Of a stretch of 64,000 nt of DNA, positions 40,836 through 50,040 are shown piece by piece. Every line of letters begins with the position of its first letter. Positions within the stretch are counted from its first letter, which is position 1. Where the stretch lies: NCBI GenBank assembly GCA_016873315.1, contig VGXL01000001.1, positions 4,126 through 68,125 on the forward strand, in the 5' to 3' direction. The notes beneath the pieces are model-generated. The model did no database searches and was not told the origin of the DNA. It saw nothing but the letters and a program-made list of their open reading frames with translations. Origin of the DNA: Phycisphaerae bacterium (GTDB lineage Bacteria > Planctomycetota > Phycisphaerae > Phycisphaerales > SM1A02). Made by a program: the position numbers and the translations under genes.

Positions 40836-41600
40836 ATGAATCTTGCTGCGGAGTTCCTCGGCACAGCGCTCTTGGTGTTGCTCGGCAATGGCGTGGTTGG
40901 CAATGTGCTTCTTTCGCGCACGAAGGGGCATGTCCCCTCGTCGCAGACTGGTGGCTTCTTCATCATCACGGTGGGGTGGGGGCTCGCGGTCTTCATTGCT
41001 GCGTACTGCGCTGCGTTCCTTGGCGGACCTGCTCACCTGAATCCCGCGGTGAGCATCGGCATGTCCGCCATGGGTTTGGTGGCGCGCGATGACTGCGTTC
41101 GCTTGTGCCTTGCGCAGATGACCGGCGGCATGTTCGGCGCGTTCCTCGTGTGGATGCTCTACCTGCCGCACTGGCGCCTGACCGAGGACCCACGAACCAA
41201 GCTCGCGGTGTTCTGCAATGCGCCGGCCGTCCGCGCGCTGGCAAGCAACCTGCTGGTCGAAGGGATCGCCACAGCGGTGCTTGTGTTCGGGATCCTCTGC
41301 CTGAAGGAGGCGCAGGGCACGATGGACGATGGCCGCGTGATCGCACTGGATCTGGGTGCGATCGGGGCATTGCCCGTGGGATTGCTCGTCTTCGCTGTCG
41401 GGCTGGGACTTGGTGGACCGACGGGGTACGCGATCAATCCGGCGCGCGATCTGTCTCCGCGCCTGATGCACGCGCTCCTGCCGATTCCCGGCAAGGGACC
41501 AAGCGACTGGGGCTACGCATGGATCCCCGTGGCTGGCTCGGTCGGTGGCGCGTTGGTCGCCGTGGCGATCTTCGAGGCCATCGCTCCCGTAGGTGGATGA
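40836..41600 (+). CDS. glpF: MIP-family channel (aquaglyceroporin GlpF-like)
   Basis: 254 aa with two NPA boxes (HLNPAVS, INPARD). Six TM layout. Confidence 0.9.
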   Translation: MNLAAEFLGTALLVLLGNGVVGNVLLSRTKGHVPSSQTGGFFIITVGWGLAVFIAAYCAAFLGGPAHLNPAVSIGMSAMGLVARDDCVRLCLAQMTGGMFGAFLVWMLYLPHWRLTEDPRTKLAVFCNAPAVRALASNLLVEGIATAVLVFGILCLKEAQGTMDDGRVIALDLGAIGALPVGLLVFAVGLGLGGPTGYAINPARDLSPRLMHALLPIPGKGPSDWGYAWIPVAGSVGGALVAVAIFEAIAPVGG

Positions 41601-43657
41601 TGATGCTTCGCTCAAACGAGTGCACGCGAGCCGCGGGCGGTATGCGTCCCACGCTCGTCGTCGCTGCGGTGCTGGCGAATCTTGTGGTTGGGGCGGCCGT
41701 GAACGCGATGCCGGTGCAGGCACCGCAGTCGTCGCCGCAGGCACCACAGTCGTCGCCGCAGGCACCATCGGAGCCCAAGCAGGAAGTTCCGTTCCCTCTG
41801 CGGTTTGGTCTGCGGAGCCAAGCGCTCGCGCAGAAGCAAAGCGTGGTCAATCAGGTTGTGCTCGTTCCCGATGGCGCGACGTTTCTCGATGAGATTCAGC
41901 AGTGGACGATCGATCGTCGATGGCCCGTGCTGATTGAGGACGATCACCTCACGCCGATCTTCTTGCAGGCGTTCGGCACCGAGCGTGTCTTCCGTCGACC
42001 ATCGGTTGGCGACATGCCGCCCGTCGAGGCACGACACGCGGCGATCGAACGCGCCGCTGTGCAGACATGGACGCCCGACGCGGTGACCATGAAGGATGCG
42101 CTCGCTGCGCGCGGGGTTCCGTCGATCGGCGTCGTGCTCTATGACCCGGCTGACGCGGCGTGGCCAGCTGCAGTCGCACTTGCCGCTGGACGGGGGCAGG
42201 TGCTCGTGCCGCTTGCGGGCAACTGGGGTGCGCCGAACGATCAACTCGACCCCGGACAAACCACGGCGCTGTGCGATGCGGTGCGGGATGCAGTGGCTGC
42301 GACCGGCTTGATGTGGAATGGACTGGGCGACGATGTTGACGCCGTCACGATCTGCCGTTCAATGGCGGGCAAGGGCACGCCTGGCGAGCGCGTCGAGTTT
42401 GCGTCGCCGTTTGGTCCGGCGCGGCGCAATGAACCGATCGCGACGACTGATGCGCTGTGTCGCATCGCCGAGGGCCGAACGCCCCGGCGTTGGGCGATCG
42501 CCGGTTGGATCTTCGGTTCCGAATCGCGAAGCGCGTACGCGGCGATGTGTTCGCTCTTCCTCGCGCAGAAGACGGCTTGGTTGAATGACTGTCCGGCGTA
42601 TCCGTCGAATGCTGGAGCGCGTCTGTACGAGGTGGGCGAGGCGACGAGCTTGCTCGGCAAGGCGGGTTTTTCGGCCCAGACGATCCGCTTCGTCCCCGGC
42701 GGCCTCACCTCGTGGCGTCAGCGCGCCGCCGCAGGTTGGTCGCCGGACCTTGAGTTCATCAACTCGATGGGCAATCTCGATACGTTCACAATTCTGAACG
42801 ATCAGGACACCGGCGTGCGCGAGATTCCCGCCATCACGCGCCCGATGGGGCTGCACATGATCCACTCGTTCAGCCTTGCGGCGCCCGAGTCGCCGATCTG
42901 CGTGGGCGCACGATGGCTCGACCACGGCGTCTTCGCGTATGTGGGCTCGGTCCATGAGCCGATGTTGAACGCGTTCGTTCCGCCGCCACTGGTCGCGCAA
43001 CGGCTGGCGCTCGGGGTGCCGCTGCTCGTGGCGGGTCGGTGGCTTGAAGGTGAAGGGGATCGGTGCTGGCGCGTGCAGACGATCGGCGACCCGCTCTGGA
43101 CGCCGTCGCCGGGATTGCTTCGGGGGGCGCTCCTTCCCGCCCAATCGCGCGAGGGACTGATCGACCTGAAGTTGGCAGCAGTCGATGCGATCAAATCGAT
43201 GGATGCTGCGCCGACAGGCGCGAATGCCCTGGCCGCGATGCGATGCGTCAGCCGCGTGGGGCGGCCCGCGCTGTCAGGCCGCGTGTGGGAGAACGCGATG
43301 AAGGCGGGCGTGGCCAAGGAGTCCGCGCCCGCAGCGTTGACGCCTCTCTTCCTGTGGGGCAATCTTGATGCGGTCGCCCAGGCGATCGAGCTGATCGAAC
43401 ATCCGACGCTGAACCAACTCGATCTTCTGTGGACGCTTGCGGCCGCGCCGCTTGAGGCCGGACAGGTTTCCAATCGCGCCACGATCGAGACGCTCGTTCG
43501 CCATCCGCGTGTCCCGCGCGCGTGGCATGACATGGCGACGGTGCGGCCGAACGCAATTCGCGTGATGGGCAACGACGCCTATGTCGCGTTGAATCGAAGC
43601 GTGCTCCTGTCGCTCGACGCCGACGAGCGAGCCGGCGTGCTCGCGCATCTGAAGTGA
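41597..43657 (+). CDS. Exported 686-aa protein, no recognisable domain
   Basis: ATG 41597 overlaps the glpF TGA (ATGA). Signal-like MRPTLVVAAVLANLVVGAAVNA, then a PQSSPQA repeat. ORF 41105..43657 trimmed. Confidence 0.6.
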   Translation: MMMLRSNECTRAAGGMRPTLVVAAVLANLVVGAAVNAMPVQAPQSSPQAPQSSPQAPSEPKQEVPFPLRFGLRSQALAQKQSVVNQVVLVPDGATFLDEIQQWTIDRRWPVLIEDDHLTPIFLQAFGTERVFRRPSVGDMPPVEARHAAIERAAVQTWTPDAVTMKDALAARGVPSIGVVLYDPADAAWPAAVALAAGRGQVLVPLAGNWGAPNDQLDPGQTTALCDAVRDAVAATGLMWNGLGDDVDAVTICRSMAGKGTPGERVEFASPFGPARRNEPIATTDALCRIAEGRTPRRWAIAGWIFGSESRSAYAAMCSLFLAQKTAWLNDCPAYPSNAGARLYEVGEATSLLGKAGFSAQTIRFVPGGLTSWRQRAAAGWSPDLEFINSMGNLDTFTILNDQDTGVREIPAITRPMGLHMIHSFSLAAPESPICVGARWLDHGVFAYVGSVHEPMLNAFVPPPLVAQRLALGVPLLVAGRWLEGEGDRCWRVQTIGDPLWTPSPGLLRGALLPAQSREGLIDLKLAAVDAIKSMDAAPTGANALAAMRCVSRVGRPALSGRVWENAMKAGVAKESAPAALTPLFLWGNLDAVAQAIELIEHPTLNQLDLLWTLAAAPLEAGQVSNRATIETLVRHPRVPRAWHDMATVRPNAIRVMGNDAYVALNRSVLLSLDADERAGVLAHLK
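41720..41770 (+). repeat. 21-bp coding tandem repeat x2.4 (APQSSPQ)
   Basis: gcaccgcagtcgtcgccgcag / gcaccacagtcgtcgccgcag / gcaccatcg. Confidence 0.9.
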
Positions 43658-43696
43658 GTGCGCGATGGGATCGGCGCCTCGACGACTGGGCGTGGT

Positions 43697-44758
43697 TCAC
43701 TTGCGCGGCTGGTCGAGGATCCGCGTCTTCACATCTTTGGGAGCGAAATCGAAGCGCTCGCGGCATGCGGCGTCGCCGATCGCACACTCCATCGTTCGCT
43801 CGGTGAGCGCGACCAGGCCAGGGAACGCCGGATGCAGTCGATCGCGTTGCATGAGCGGACCCTGCTTCTTCGGATCCCACTGCACAGATCCAACGCGGAC
43901 TGGCTCGCTGGAACGAGTTTCGTCGAGCACGTGCGCCAGGCTGAGGATGCGCACGAGCGGCTTGTCCTTTGCCCAGTCGGCGAGGCGTTCATTGAGCCGA
44001 GTGAGCGTTGCGTCCTGAGGCAACTGCATCGCAGCCAGCATCCGGCCCTTGGCGGCGCGCATGTCCGGCAGGTTGCCGACGACCAATGGAATGCCCGCAG
44101 CGACGACGCGATCCAGTTGCGCAAGGCCGAGTTCGAAGAGCGACGCTCGGTCATCTTCGGATCGGATCGGCGACTTGCCGATGCCCCCGCCGCCGTACGC
44201 GTACCAGAAGAGGAAGTCCGCGCCGATCAGCAGCGTGGGCTTGACGGCGAGGGCGCGAGAGATCTCATCTTCGCCGCGAACGATTGGGTCGCTGAAGAAC
44301 ATGCCCGTGGCGTAGTGCGCGACGAGCTCGGTCGTTCCGGGTTTCGCGGCAGCGAGCAGCACATCGCGAAGGTCAACGAGTTCGGCCTTGAACGGCGTCG
44401 CGCTGCCGTTGCTCACGGCGACGCCGAAGCCGTCACTTGCACTCGCGCCGACGATGGCGATGCGCTTGGTGACCGATGGTTCGAATGGCGCTGAGGGGGA
44501 GTTCGGTGCGCTTGGCGCGTTTGATGCGTCCGGCGCGTCCAGCGCGTCCAGCGCGTCCGGCGCGCTTGGCGCGTTCGGTGCGCTTGTTGCGCTCGGTGCG
44601 TTCGGCGCGCTTGTTGCGCTCGGTGCGTTCGACACGGCTGCGGGCTGTCCGTCAGCGCGAAGCGCGCGCACGGGCGCCGCGCCGGCGACGACGACTGCCA
44701 AGCACGCGCTCCACCAGAGGGTGCGCGGAAGCCAGGCATTGGCCGCGTGCGAGATCAT
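43697..44758 (-). CDS. Exported SGNH/GDSL-like hydrolase with low-complexity N-terminal linker
   Basis: Signal peptide, then NAPSATSAP repeats. IAIVGASASDGFG sits in block I position. DRLHP fits the block V DxxH motif. Confidence 0.5.
   Translation of the reverse strand: MISHAANAWLPRTLWWSACLAVVVAGAAPVRALRADGQPAAVSNAPSATSAPNAPSATSAPNAPSAPDALDALDAPDASNAPSAPNSPSAPFEPSVTKRIAIVGASASDGFGVAVSNGSATPFKAELVDLRDVLLAAAKPGTTELVAHYATGMFFSDPIVRGEDEISRALAVKPTLLIGADFLFWYAYGGGGIGKSPIRSEDDRASLFELGLAQLDRVVAAGIPLVVGNLPDMRAAKGRMLAAMQLPQDATLTRLNERLADWAKDKPLVRILSLAHVLDETRSSEPVRVGSVQWDPKKQGPLMQRDRLHPAFPGLVALTERTMECAIGDAACRERFDFAPKDVKTRILDQPRK
44500..44632 (-). repeat. Coding low-complexity repeats, including a perfect 27-bp x2 unit (NAPSATSAP)
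   Basis: 27-bp units at 44574-44600 and 44601-44627, preceded by gcgtcc(a/g)gc repeats. Confidence 0.9.
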
Positions 44759-45135
44759 GGATCCATCCTACGCACGCACGCCGTCGAGACGGAAACATGT
44801 TCGACCTGCAGGTTCTTCGTGCGCTGTTGCACAGCTCTTCTCGCGCTCGTCCTTGCGCTTCCTCGGGTCCCTGCTGCGCGGACGCGCGCGCTCTTCATCC
44901 GTCGCTCGGCAGGGCGAGCACCCGCCATCAAGTGTCTTCGTCCGCGCCGCCTTCGCGATTCCCGGAGCCGCGAATCATGGGGCCCCTCGGTCGCTCCGGA
45001 CGAGCGCAGCCTGGACGAACGGCTCAAGCCACGCGAAGAGCCCAACTTCTGCAATCTTGACCCCCGAAAGTGACTTCGGAGTGATGTCAACGAGGAGTTT
45101 TCTGCATGAAGGCGTTCACCGCGATGGACTCGGTC

Positions 45136-45480
45136 CTGCGGCCGTCGCGGATCAAGAGTCGCGCGACGAATCAGCCTTGAGTTCAGTGTGAATGACGCGC
45201 GCGACGATTCAGTCTGCGGCCGTCGCGGAAAAGGGGCGCGGCATGCCTCGCCGAGCGAGTTCCGCAGCCTGCGAGGAAAGCTGGCGCGCAGTGCCAGTCA
45301 GTGACCACAGAGTGACTTCCGCGCCAGTTTCTGAGCAGGCGAGGACTGTCTGAGCGAACGAGGCATGCCGCGACCAAAGGGAGCGACGGCCGCGGACGCG
45401 CGATGCGAAGGCGGCGCGACACGCCGGCGCCCAAAGGAGCGACGGTCGCAGGTGATGTGTGCCACGCGAGCGACGGCCGG
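45136..45480. repeat. Cluster of a near-palindromic GCGACGGCCGC / GCGGCCGTCGC motif in both orientations, plus other short direct repeats
   Basis: ctgcggccgtcgcgga at 45136 and 45214. cgcgcgacga(a/t)tcag at 45160 and 45198. ccaaagg(g)agcgacgg at 45374 and 45431. gcgacgg(c/t)cg at 45383, 45439 and 45470. Confidence 0.85.
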
Positions 45481-45492
45481 TGGGCCTCGCGG

Positions 45493-46422
45493 TCAGGCCA
45501 GGCCGAGCGCGCTCGCCATCGTCTGGCCGAGGTCGGCCGGGCTCATGCTGACATGAATTCCGCACTCAGCCATGACCTTGAGCTTGGCCTCGGCGGTGTC
45601 ATCAGCGCCGCCGATGATCGCGCCGGCATGGCCCATGCGCTTGCCCTTGGGCGCGGTGCGCCCGGCGATGAAGCCAGCGACCGGCTTGGTCATGTTGTCC
45701 TTGATCCATCGCGCGGCCTCGACTTCGGCGCTGCCGCCGATCTCGCCGATCATGATCACGCCGTCGGTCTGCGGATCCGCGTTGAACATCTCGAGCACAT
45801 CGAGGAAGTCGAGTCCCTTGACCGGGTCACCGCCAAGACCCACGCATGTCGATTGCCCGATGCCGCGCACCGAGCACTGCCACACGGCTTCATAGGTCAG
45901 CGTGCCGCTGCGGCTCACAATGCCCACAGCCTTTCCAGTCTTCGCGTCGCGTCGATGCATGTGGATGTAGCCGGGCATGATGCCGATCTTGCATCCACCC
46001 TCGAAGCGATCACCCACGCGGTAGCCCGGAGTGATCACGCCGGGGCAGTTCGGTCCGACGAAGATCGTGCCCGGGTAACCCGCGAGCCGCGCCCGAGTGC
46101 GGACCATGTCTTGCACCGGCACGCCCTCGGTGATGGCGATGATCGTCTTGATGCCAGCATCGGCGGCTTCGAGGATCGCATCGGCGGCGAACGGCGGCGG
46201 CACGAAAATCATGCTCGCGGTCGCACCCGTGTCGCGAGCGGCCTGCGCGACGGTGTCAAAGATCGGGAGGCCGTTGGCGTCCTTCTGACCGCCTTTGCCG
46301 GGCGTCGTTCCGCCGACCATGCGCGTGCCATATTCGAAGCAGCCCTTGGTATGGAACGCACCGGCTGAGCCGGTGATGCCCTGGCAGATGACCCGAGTGT
46401 TGCCGTCGATCAGGATGGACAT
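45493..46422 (-). CDS. sucD: Succinate--CoA ligase (ADP-forming) subunit alpha
   Basis: [21 protein letters not shown]...GGTTPGKGG...MGHAGAII (phosphohistidine loop). Confidence 0.95.
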   Translation of the reverse strand: MSILIDGNTRVICQGITGSAGAFHTKGCFEYGTRMVGGTTPGKGGQKDANGLPIFDTVAQAARDTGATASMIFVPPPFAADAILEAADAGIKTIIAITEGVPVQDMVRTRARLAGYPGTIFVGPNCPGVITPGYRVGDRFEGGCKIGIMPGYIHMHRRDAKTGKAVGIVSRSGTLTYEAVWQCSVRGIGQSTCVGLGGDPVKGLDFLDVLEMFNADPQTDGVIMIGEIGGSAEVEAARWIKDNMTKPVAGFIAGRTAPKGKRMGHAGAIIGGADDTAEAKLKVMAECGIHVSMSPADLGQTMASALGLA

Positions 46423-46499
46423 GGGAGGAAGAGGATAGCAACGACGGTCTGGTCGCGGCCGCGCAGGAACTGGCCGGATCCGCTGTAATGCCGTGTTCC

Positions 46500-47570
46500 A
46501 TGGCCACCAAGAAGCCGCTGACCTACAAGGATGCTGGTGTCGACATCGATGCCGGTGACGAAGTCGTCGATCTGATCAAGCCGATCGTTCGGCGCACATA
46601 CTCACCGCGCGTGCTCGGTCAGCACGGCAGCTTCGCGGGCATGTTCCGACTCTTCGGCGAAGGACTCTTCCGCAAGCAGTACCGCGATCCCGTGTTGGTG
46701 GGTTGCACGGACGGCGTGGGCACGAAGGTCATGATCGCCGCCGAGCGCAAGGTCTACGACACGGTCGGGATCGACTGCGTGGCGATGAACGTGAACGATC
46801 TCATCGTGCAGGGCGCCGAGCCACTCTTCTTCCTTGACTACCTCGGACTTTCGCGCATTGCGCCGAAGGACACGGCGGCGATGATCGAAGGCGTCGCCAA
46901 AGGATGCGAGCAGGCCGGCTGCGCGCTCATCGGCGGCGAGTGCGCCGAGATGCCGGACATCTATCGACAGGGTGACTTCGACATTGCGGGATTCTGCGTG
47001 GGCGTCGTCGATCACAAGCGGATCATCACGAGCAAGCTCGTGCGCAAGGGCGATGTCGTCATCGGACTGGCGGCCAGTGGCGTGCACAGCAACGGCTACT
47101 CGCTCGTGCGCCGCATCGTGAAGGATGCGCGGCTCGACATGGATCGTGTGTATCCCGAACTTGGTCGCAAGCCGCTGTGGACCGTGCTGCTCGAACCGAC
47201 CCGGATCTACGCGAAGCCGATCGTGAAGTTGCTTGCTGGCTACCGACGCAAGATGGTCATCAGCGGCATGGCGCACATCACCGGCGGCGGGCTGCCCGGC
47301 AACGCCTGTCGCGCGCTGCCGAGCCATTTGGATTGCGTGATCGACCGCTCGTCCTGGACGCCCAATCCGATCTTCCCGTTCTTGCAGCAGCACGGCGGCA
47401 TCGAGGACGAGGAAATGTTTCGCGTTTTCAACATGGGCATCGGCTATGTGCTCTTCGTGCGGCCTGACTTTGCAAAGGCCGTCGTGACGAAGCTCAAGCG
47501 CATGGGCGAAGAGCCCGCGGTGATCGGTGCGATTGAGAAGGGCGCCGGCGAGGTCCGCTGGAAGGACTGA
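46500..47570 (+). CDS. purM: Phosphoribosylformylglycinamidine cyclo-ligase (AIR synthetase)
   Basis: [14 protein letters not shown]..., [21 protein letters not shown] 46488 is an alternative start. Confidence 0.93.
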   Translation: MATKKPLTYKDAGVDIDAGDEVVDLIKPIVRRTYSPRVLGQHGSFAGMFRLFGEGLFRKQYRDPVLVGCTDGVGTKVMIAAERKVYDTVGIDCVAMNVNDLIVQGAEPLFFLDYLGLSRIAPKDTAAMIEGVAKGCEQAGCALIGGECAEMPDIYRQGDFDIAGFCVGVVDHKRIITSKLVRKGDVVIGLAASGVHSNGYSLVRRIVKDARLDMDRVYPELGRKPLWTVLLEPTRIYAKPIVKLLAGYRRKMVISGMAHITGGGLPGNACRALPSHLDCVIDRSSWTPNPIFPFLQQHGGIEDEEMFRVFNMGIGYVLFVRPDFAKAVVTKLKRMGEEPAVIGAIEKGAGEVRWKD

Positions 47571-47580
47571 GCGCGCGGAT

Positions 47581-47658
47581 TCACGCGCCGTCCCGGCGGC
47601 GCTGGCTCACGCGCCGTCCCAGCGGCGCTGGTTCACGCGCCGTCCCAGCGGCGCTGGC
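47581..47658. repeat. 26-bp tandem repeat x3; the third unit is the last 26 nt (including the stop) of arfB
   Basis: tcacgcgccgtccc(g/a)gcggcgctgg(c/t) at 47581, 47607 and 47633. Each unit contains a gcgccg/cggcgc hairpin. Confidence 0.95.
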
Positions 47659-48109
47659 GCTTCTTTTCGCCGTCGCGCTTCTTGGACTCGAGTCGGCGTT
47701 CGATCGAGCCGCGCGTGGGCTTCGTCTTGCGGCGCACCTTCGGCGGGATGCTCGCCCGCAGCACGAGTTCACGCAGGCGCTCGAGGCACGCATCCTTGTT
47801 TGCCTTCTGTGATCGATGCTCCTCGGCGGTGAACCGCAGCGTGTCGCCATGCACCAAGTGGGACCCCGCCGCGTCGCACAGTCGCGTCATCGCGCGCTCG
47901 TCAAGTCCATGGATCGACGCGAGCGTCACCATGAGCTCGGCACGAGAGTGCACTTTGTTCACATTCTGTCCGCCGGGCCCGCCGCTGCGGCTGAACGAGA
48001 AGTCCAGGCCAGCCGGATCGATCCACGCGCGCGGGCCGCAGTCGAACGCGTTGCCGGGACGCGCGGGGCGCCGGGGAGGTTGAGCACCAGGCTCAGGACG
48101 CGGGAACAT
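47633..48109 (-). CDS. arfB: Peptidyl-tRNA hydrolase ArfB (alternative ribosome-rescue factor B)
   Basis: Trimmed to MFPRPEPG (ATG 48107-48109). GGQ motif SGGPGGQNVNKV and a basic C-terminal tail KVRRKTKPTRGS...KKRQRR. Confidence 0.85.
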   Translation of the reverse strand: MFPRPEPGAQPPRRPARPGNAFDCGPRAWIDPAGLDFSFSRSGGPGGQNVNKVHSRAELMVTLASIHGLDERAMTRLCDAAGSHLVHGDTLRFTAEEHRSQKANKDACLERLRELVLRASIPPKVRRKTKPTRGSIERRLESKKRDGEKKRQRRWDGA

Positions 48110-48145
48110 GGCGGCATTCTTGCAGGCCCGGGATAGCCTTGCACT

Positions 48146-49135
48146 GTGGATCCCGTCGCCATCACGATCGTCGCGACCCTGCTCGCCCAGTCCAACGGAG
48201 CAACTCCCGATTCCTCCGCGTCCGCGAAGTCGCACACGAGCAGCGCACCCAGTTCACATGTCGCTCCCGCGTCTGTCGAGCCAGTCAGCCCTGCCGCGCA
48301 GGGTGCACCCGCGGCCAGCGCACCAGCCGCACCAGTTGTTCCGCCCGTCGTGTCAAGCAGCGCACCACACTTCGACTTCGCGGCGCGCGCGTGGTTTGCG
48401 CGCCTCAATGCCACCATCAACGCGCCGTCGTCGGCGCCGCCAGTCACCATCGAAGACGACTTCGACCTCGATGACTCTCAAGTCGTTCCGTTGCTGACGG
48501 CGACCGCGCGATGGGACGCGTTAGCCTTGGTCGTCAATGGCTTCTGGTCCTCGACCGACGGAACGACCACCGCACCATCGGCCGGACAATTCGGCTCGGT
48601 GGTCTTCGGCGCGGGCGATGCTCTCTCATCTCGCGCTGATGCATGGGGCGTTGCAGGCGATGTTGTCGTCACCTTCTACCGGCCGTACGCAGCAGACCGA
48701 CATCCGTGGACGGGGGAGGATGCACCCGCGGGTGCCAAGCCGCCGTTCGCCGACCTTCGACTCAACGGTCTCGTCGGCGGGCACGCGGTCTCGTATGAGC
48801 AGTCCGTGACCGATGTGACGACGGCCGCGAGCGACTCGATCGATCTCTCGGTGATCACGCCCGTCATCGGCGGTGGCATCGAGCTCGATCTTGATCTGCG
48901 ACGCAGGGTGGACTGGCTCGGGCACCTTCGCATCGCTGCGACCGCTGGTTGGGGACCAGGCGTCGAGTCAGGTGATTCGCTCTGGTTCGTGCGCGCGGAC
49001 CTTTCCTTGGAAGTCTTGCACAATCTGGCCATCACGGGTGGGTACCGCTTGCTCAACTGGGACGCCGCGGGCGGTGGGAACTCGATGAGCGGCAGCCTGC
49101 AGGGGCTCGTGGCTGGCATCGAGCTTCGCTTCTGA
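48146..49135 (+). CDS. Putative outer-membrane beta-barrel protein
   Basis: GTG start. Ser/Pro/Ala-rich N-terminal region, alternating-hydrophobic strands, C-terminal GIELRF ending in Phe (OMP signature). Confidence 0.5.
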   Translation: MDPVAITIVATLLAQSNGATPDSSASAKSHTSSAPSSHVAPASVEPVSPAAQGAPAASAPAAPVVPPVVSSSAPHFDFAARAWFARLNATINAPSSAPPVTIEDDFDLDDSQVVPLLTATARWDALALVVNGFWSSTDGTTTAPSAGQFGSVVFGAGDALSSRADAWGVAGDVVVTFYRPYAADRHPWTGEDAPAGAKPPFADLRLNGLVGGHAVSYEQSVTDVTTAASDSIDLSVITPVIGGGIELDLDLRRRVDWLGHLRIAATAGWGPGVESGDSLWFVRADLSLEVLHNLAITGGYRLLNWDAAGGGNSMSGSLQGLVAGIELRF

Positions 49136-49149
49136 GCACGGGTGCACGC

Positions 49150-50010
49150 GTGACCAAGAAGAAGACGACTCCTACGCCGCTCACGCCGCTCGGCCGCGCG
49201 GCGATCCGACGCTCGCTGCTCACGGTGCTGCCGGATCGACTTGCACGGGGTCGGCTCTCTCGCGCGCACTTGGCGCAGCCGATCGTGGTTCGATCGGTGC
49301 CAGTCTTCCTGCCGGGTGCGCCTGACGCGCTGCATGGGATGCGCATTGCGCACTTGAGCGACTTCCATGTGGGCGGTCTCATTCCGGTCGAACGCGCGCT
49401 TGAGGCGATCGAGTTGGCGCAGGCGGAAGCTCCCGATCTGGTCGCCTGCACAGGCGATGTCGTCGATCTTGAACTCGCTGGATGCGAGCCTGTGTTCAAG
49501 GCACTCGGACGCATGAAATCTCGTCTGGGCACGCTGATGGTGTTGGGCAACCACGATCATCTTGAGCACGCGGAGTCCGTCGTCCGTCTGGCGCGGCGCA
49601 GCGGTGTTCGCGTGCTTCGCGATGAAGTGGCGCGCCTGCCGTCAGGACCGATGGTGGCGGGGCTTGATTGGACCGCGGGCGTTCGCGATGCGCAGAAGCG
49701 GCTCAAGGCGATGCTCGATGGGCGTCTGGAGTTGCCGCCGATTCTGCTCGCGCATCATCCGGCGGCGTTCCGTGCGGCGGTGCAGCACGGCATTCCCCTG
49801 ACGCTCTCTGGGCACACTCATGGGTTGCAGGTGGGGATCACGCGCGGTGCCGGCGATCGGAGCCGACCGGCCAAGGGCCGATCTCTGCATGACGGGCTCT
49901 ATCACCTTGGCTCAAGTTCGGTGTTCGTCACGCGCGGCGTGGGGAGTTGGTTCCCGCTGCGCGTGAACCGTCCTGCCGAAGTGGCGATCTTGGATGTTCG
50001 GGTGCGCTGA
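49150..50010 (+). CDS. Calcineurin-like metallophosphoesterase
   Basis: Motifs: HLSDFH, TGDVVD, GNHD, GHTHG. Confidence 0.8.
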   Translation: MTKKKTTPTPLTPLGRAAIRRSLLTVLPDRLARGRLSRAHLAQPIVVRSVPVFLPGAPDALHGMRIAHLSDFHVGGLIPVERALEAIELAQAEAPDLVACTGDVVDLELAGCEPVFKALGRMKSRLGTLMVLGNHDHLEHAESVVRLARRSGVRVLRDEVARLPSGPMVAGLDWTAGVRDAQKRLKAMLDGRLELPPILLAHHPAAFRAAVQHGIPLTLSGHTHGLQVGITRGAGDRSRPAKGRSLHDGLYHLGSSSVFVTRGVGSWFPLRVNRPAEVAILDVRVR

Positions 50011-50040
50011 GAGGCGCACTCTTGCGCGGTGCCGGTGCTC

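Noticed and set aside
45106-45180. 24-aa ORF (MKAFTAMDSVLRPSRIKSRATNQP) with GAGGAG 8 nt upstream in the long spacer
   Set aside because: It is not hydrophobic or otherwise distinctive, and it overlaps the repeat motifs. Without conservation data it is as likely chance. It is mentioned under the spacer finding only.
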